From the sequence record NC_015719.1: a stretch of 40,940 nucleotides of DNA; one strand, 5' to 3'. Shown here one piece after another: positions 37,676-40,940 of this stretch; position 1 is the first letter of the stretch, and every line of letters starts with the position of its first letter. The DNA comes from Escherichia phage K30. Position numbers and translations under genes: made by a program. Under the pieces are notes generated by a model. That model did no database searches. It was not told the DNA's origin and saw only the letters and a list, made by a program, of their open reading frames with translations.

Positions 37676-37709
37676 ACTCAAGGTACTACTATATGTAGTG
37701 CCTTTATGA
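37676..37709 (+). promoter_or_regulatory. RNase III-type processing hairpin (R18.5-like)
   Basis: actcaaggtactac-tatat-gtagtgcctttatga; about 10-bp stem. Confidence 0.6.
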
Positions 37710-37768
37710 ATGTCATTGCACTACGCTAGGCGTTCCTACGTGAAATCTGAGAAACAACGGGAGGCATT

Positions 37769-38215
37769 ATGCTGGGGTTCACAAAGAGAATCGTCCCGTA
37801 TCTTGTGGCTATCATGGTGTTTGCCTTCGGGTGGCACTTGGGTTCGCAATCTACGGACGCTAAATGGAAGGAGGTAGTACAGAATGAGTACGTTTCGAAG
37901 CAAACAGCTAGAGTTCAAACTCAAGCAGCACTTGATGAGATATCGGCTAAGTACCAAGCAGACCTTGAGGGGCTGGAGGGCAGCACTGATAGGATTATTG
38001 CTGATTTGCGTAGCGACAATAAGCGGCTGCGCGTTAGAGTCAAACCTACCAGTGTCGCCGCAGGACCAGACGGTCGATGCCTCGTTGATGGTTCCGTCGA
38101 ACTACACGAAGCAACTGCTCGAAGTCTTATCGCAATAACCCAGAAGGCCGACCTCAAAGAGAAGGCCCTACAGGACACTATTCGTAAGCTACAGCGGAAA
38201 GGAGGTGAACATTGA
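37769..38215 (+). CDS. 18.5: Rz-like i-spanin (T7 gene 18.5)
   Basis: 148 aa; N-terminal TM segment; recalled similarity to T7 gp18.5 ([43 protein letters not shown]). Confidence 0.9.
   Translation: MLGFTKRIVPYLVAIMVFAFGWHLGSQSTDAKWKEVVQNEYVSKQTARVQTQAALDEISAKYQADLEGLEGSTDRIIADLRSDNKRLRVRVKPTSVAAGPDGRCLVDGSVELHEATARSLIAITQKADLKEKALQDTIRKLQRKGGEH
37884..38138 (+). CDS. 18.7: Rz1-like o-spanin lipoprotein, embedded in gene 18.5 (T7 gene 18.7)
   Basis: 84 aa in the +1 frame inside 18.5; lipobox ...[11 protein letters not shown]; recalled similarity to T7 gp18.7. Confidence 0.8.
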   Translation: MSTFRSKQLEFKLKQHLMRYRLSTKQTLRGWRAALIGLLLICVATISGCALESNLPVSPQDQTVDASLMVPSNYTKQLLEVLSQ

Positions 38216-39969
38216 GTAACTCTCAGCAAGCCAAGAACGCCTTAATCATTGCACAACTGAAGGGTGACTTTGTCGCCTTTCTCTTCGTGCTCTGGAAGGC
38301 CCTGAATCTGCCGGAACCAACCAAGTGTCAAATCGACATGGCTAAATGTCTGGCAGACCCAAAGAACAAGAAGTTTATCCTTCAGGCTTTCCGTGGTATC
38401 GGGAAGTCGTTCATCACGTGTGCGTTCGTTGTGTGGACCCTGTGGCGTGACCCTCAGTTAAAGATACTGATTGTCTCAGCCTCAAAGGAACGTGCGGACG
38501 CTAACTCCATCTTCATTAAGAACATCATCGACTTGTTGCCTTTCCTGAGTGAGCTTAAACCTCGCCCCGGTCAGCGTGACTCCGTGATTAGTTTTGATGT
38601 AGGCCCTGCCAAGCCAGACCACAGCCCGTCAGTTAAGTCTGTAGGTATTACGGGTCAGCTTACTGGTAGCCGTGCCGATATCATCATTGCAGATGACGTG
38701 GAGATTCCCGGTAACTCTGCAACTCAAGGTTCTCGTGAGAAACTCTGGACGTTGGTTCAGGAGTTCGCCGCGCTGTTGAAACCTCTACCGACTAGCCGTG
38801 TTATCTATCTGGGTACCCCTCAGACCGAGATGACGCTCTACAAGGAACTTGAGGACAACCGTGGTTACTCTACAATTATCTGGCCAGCACAGTATCCTCG
38901 CTCCAAAGAGGAAGACCTGTACTATGGCGACCGACTGGCTCCTATGCTCCGTAGCGAGTACGATGAGGACAAAGAGGGTCTCGCCAGTCAGCCAACAGAC
39001 CCGGTGCGGTTCGACTCTATGGACCTTCAGGAGCGTGAGGTGGAGTACGGCAAGGCTGGCTATACGCTTCAGTTCATGCTCAACCCAAACCTCAGTGACG
39101 CCGAGAAGTACCCTCTACGCCTCCGTGACGCTATCGTGTGCAGTCTACAGGTAGACAAGGCCCCAATGCACTACCAGTGGTTACCTAACCGTCAGAACCG
39201 CAATGAGGAGCTTCCTAACGTGGGTATGAAGGGTGACGAGATTTACTCCTTCCATACGGCCTCAAGTAACACTGGTGCGTATCAAGGTAAGATTCTGGTC
39301 ATTGACCCAAGCGGTCGTGGTAAGGATGAGACTGGCTGGTGCGTATTGTATACCCTCAACGGTTACATCTACTTGATGGACGCTGGTGGTACTCGTGGTT
39401 ACGAGGAGAAGTCCCTTGAGTTCCTCGCCAAGAAGGCCAAACAGTGGCAGGTTCAGACTGTGGTCTTCGAGAGTAACTTCGGTGACGGTATGTTCGGTAA
39501 TGTGTTCCAGCCTGTTCTCCTGAAGCATCACCCAGCGCAACTCGAAGAGATTCGTGCTCGTGGTATGAAAGAGGTCCGCATCTGCGATACCCTTGAGCCT
39601 GTACTGGCAAGTCACCGCTTGGTCATCCGTGATGAGGTAATCCGACAGGACTACCAGACGGCACGTGATGCAGACGGTAAGCACGCTCTGAAGTACAGCC
39701 TGTTCTACCAGATGACCCGTATGAGCCGTGAGAAGGGAGCTGTGGCACATGATGACCGACTTGATGCATTAGCATTGGGTGTTGAGTTCCTACGCTCTAC
39801 GATGCAGCAGGACGCTGTGAAGATAGAGGCTGAGGTACTTCAGGAGTTCTTGGAGCACCACATGGAGAAACCTCTGAGTAATATCTCACAGTTCAGAACC
39901 ACCAGCAGTAACGGTGTGGACATCCGGTGGGAAGACGATGGGGATGACTCTATGTTCATCGCATGGTAA
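38212..39969 (+). CDS. 19: Terminase large subunit (T7 gene 19)
   Basis: 585 aa; recalled extensive identity to T7 gp19 ([70 protein letters not shown]); TTG start with AAAGGAGGTGA RBS. Confidence 0.97.
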   Translation: MSNSQQAKNALIIAQLKGDFVAFLFVLWKALNLPEPTKCQIDMAKCLADPKNKKFILQAFRGIGKSFITCAFVVWTLWRDPQLKILIVSASKERADANSIFIKNIIDLLPFLSELKPRPGQRDSVISFDVGPAKPDHSPSVKSVGITGQLTGSRADIIIADDVEIPGNSATQGSREKLWTLVQEFAALLKPLPTSRVIYLGTPQTEMTLYKELEDNRGYSTIIWPAQYPRSKEEDLYYGDRLAPMLRSEYDEDKEGLASQPTDPVRFDSMDLQEREVEYGKAGYTLQFMLNPNLSDAEKYPLRLRDAIVCSLQVDKAPMHYQWLPNRQNRNEELPNVGMKGDEIYSFHTASSNTGAYQGKILVIDPSGRGKDETGWCVLYTLNGYIYLMDAGGTRGYEEKSLEFLAKKAKQWQVQTVVFESNFGDGMFGNVFQPVLLKHHPAQLEEIRARGMKEVRICDTLEPVLASHRLVIRDEVIRQDYQTARDADGKHALKYSLFYQMTRMSREKGAVAHDDRLDALALGVEFLRSTMQQDAVKIEAEVLQEFLEHHMEKPLSNISQFRTTSSNGVDIRWEDDGDDSMFIAW

Positions 39970-40049
39970 CTATGCAGGGATTGTGCATAAGGATTCATTG
40001 GGCCACGGAAGGCTGCTTTGGGGAAACTCCATGTATAACAGACACTTGG

Positions 40050-40072
40050 AATTAGGACCCACTATAGGGAGA
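40050..40072 (+). promoter_or_regulatory. Phage RNAP promoter (phiOR-like), aattaggacccactatagggaga
   Basis: Consensus match, downstream of gene 19 as in T7. Confidence 0.85.
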
Positions 40073-40213
40073 GACCACTCAAAGATTACTATAAGACAAC
40101 TTAAAGATTCATTCATATAGTTATTCACTTTAAGTCTCCTTACAGATAGAGGGTAGTGATGATAATATCACCCTCTCACTCTAAGACACTAAGAGCCAAC
40201 ATAAGGAGGACCT

Positions 40214-40363
40214 ATGCGCTTATTGTTAACCTTACTGCGCCATAGGACTACTTGGCGATTTCTGCTGGTACTTGCTGGTGCCCTTGGGGCTTCACTGGTT
40301 ACTCAGCAGCAACTCGGTGGACTGGAGACTCTCGTGTGCTCTCTACTCACTTGTAGCGATTAG
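40214..40363 (+). CDS. 19.5: Gene 19.5-like small hydrophobic protein (49 aa)
   Basis: TAAGGAGGA RBS; MRLLLTLLRH...LVLAGALGASLV is hydrophobic; positioned after phiOR like T7 gene 19.5. Confidence 0.45.
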   Translation: MRLLLTLLRHRTTWRFLLVLAGALGASLVTQQQLGGLETLVCSLLTCSD

Positions 40364-40540
40364 GGTCTTCCTGACGCGCTAGGGATTCCGTAGTGATGCT
40401 TATCAGCATACACCACTCCATCCCTCTATAGTCAATACTTAAAGTTAACCTTAGGTGATTCACTGGGTCTACCTACGGGTCTATGCACTGACCTGAGGAT
40501 TACCTGAGGTTACCTTTAAGAATATTACATAAAGTTCTGA

Positions 40541-40940
40541 GTGTATATCTCACAGTTTACACTTTTGGTTATCCCCCGGTACCCTCTAAGTTAGCCCAAA
40601 GTAACCATAGGCCACCCTAAACCTTCGGTTTAACCTTAGGTTGGACTGTTGGGAACCTTGGGTGATACTATATGTAGTGGTTAGTGTGACCTTGGGATAC
40701 TATATGTTGATCTCTCTGTATCCCTATCTGTTGGTACTCTCTAAGTATCCACTAAGTATCCACTAAGTAACAACCTGAGGTTAGACCTGAGGACATCCAT
40801 CGACACTATACCTAAGGTTAACTATGCGTCTAACGTTTAGTTACTATAAGGCTATTGGTGACCATTGTCCATACACCAATCAATTAGGTCACACTATAGG
40901 GAGACACTTAAAGTATTACTAAGAGACCTTTACCATAAAA
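40541..40940. repeat. Right copy of 400-bp direct repeat (includes a second copy of the phiOL-like promoter at about 40875-40897)
   Basis: Identical to positions 1-400 by direct reading. Confidence 0.8.

Overview
The window is an essentially complete genome of a T7-like podophage (Autographiviridae, Studiervirinae). All genes are on the + strand in canonical T7 order: early (ocr, protein kinase 0.7, single-subunit RNA polymerase), DNA metabolism (ligase, SSB, endonuclease I, lysozyme, primase/helicase, DNA polymerase, exonuclease), then structural, lysis and packaging genes. Product calls rest on recalled similarity of the supplied ORF translations to T7 proteins and on synteny; no database search was run. 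Thirteen phage-type promoters are visible, matching from memory the Klebsiella phage K11 consensus AATTAGGGCACACTATAGGGAGA rather than T7 or T3, and the RNA polymerase is 906 aa. Regulatory structure includes a family of conserved hairpins read as RNase III sites, a T-phi-like terminator after gene 10, and a -1 frame extension of the capsid gene. The first 400 bp are repeated exactly at the end of the window. The most unusual content is accessory: a second receptor-binding protein with SGNH-esterase-like motifs after a beta-helix tail fibre, a membrane/coiled-coil early gene between two phage promoters, and a left-end cluster of small early ORFs, one bracketed by inverted and direct repeats. 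No tRNA, CRISPR array, integrase or transposase was seen.
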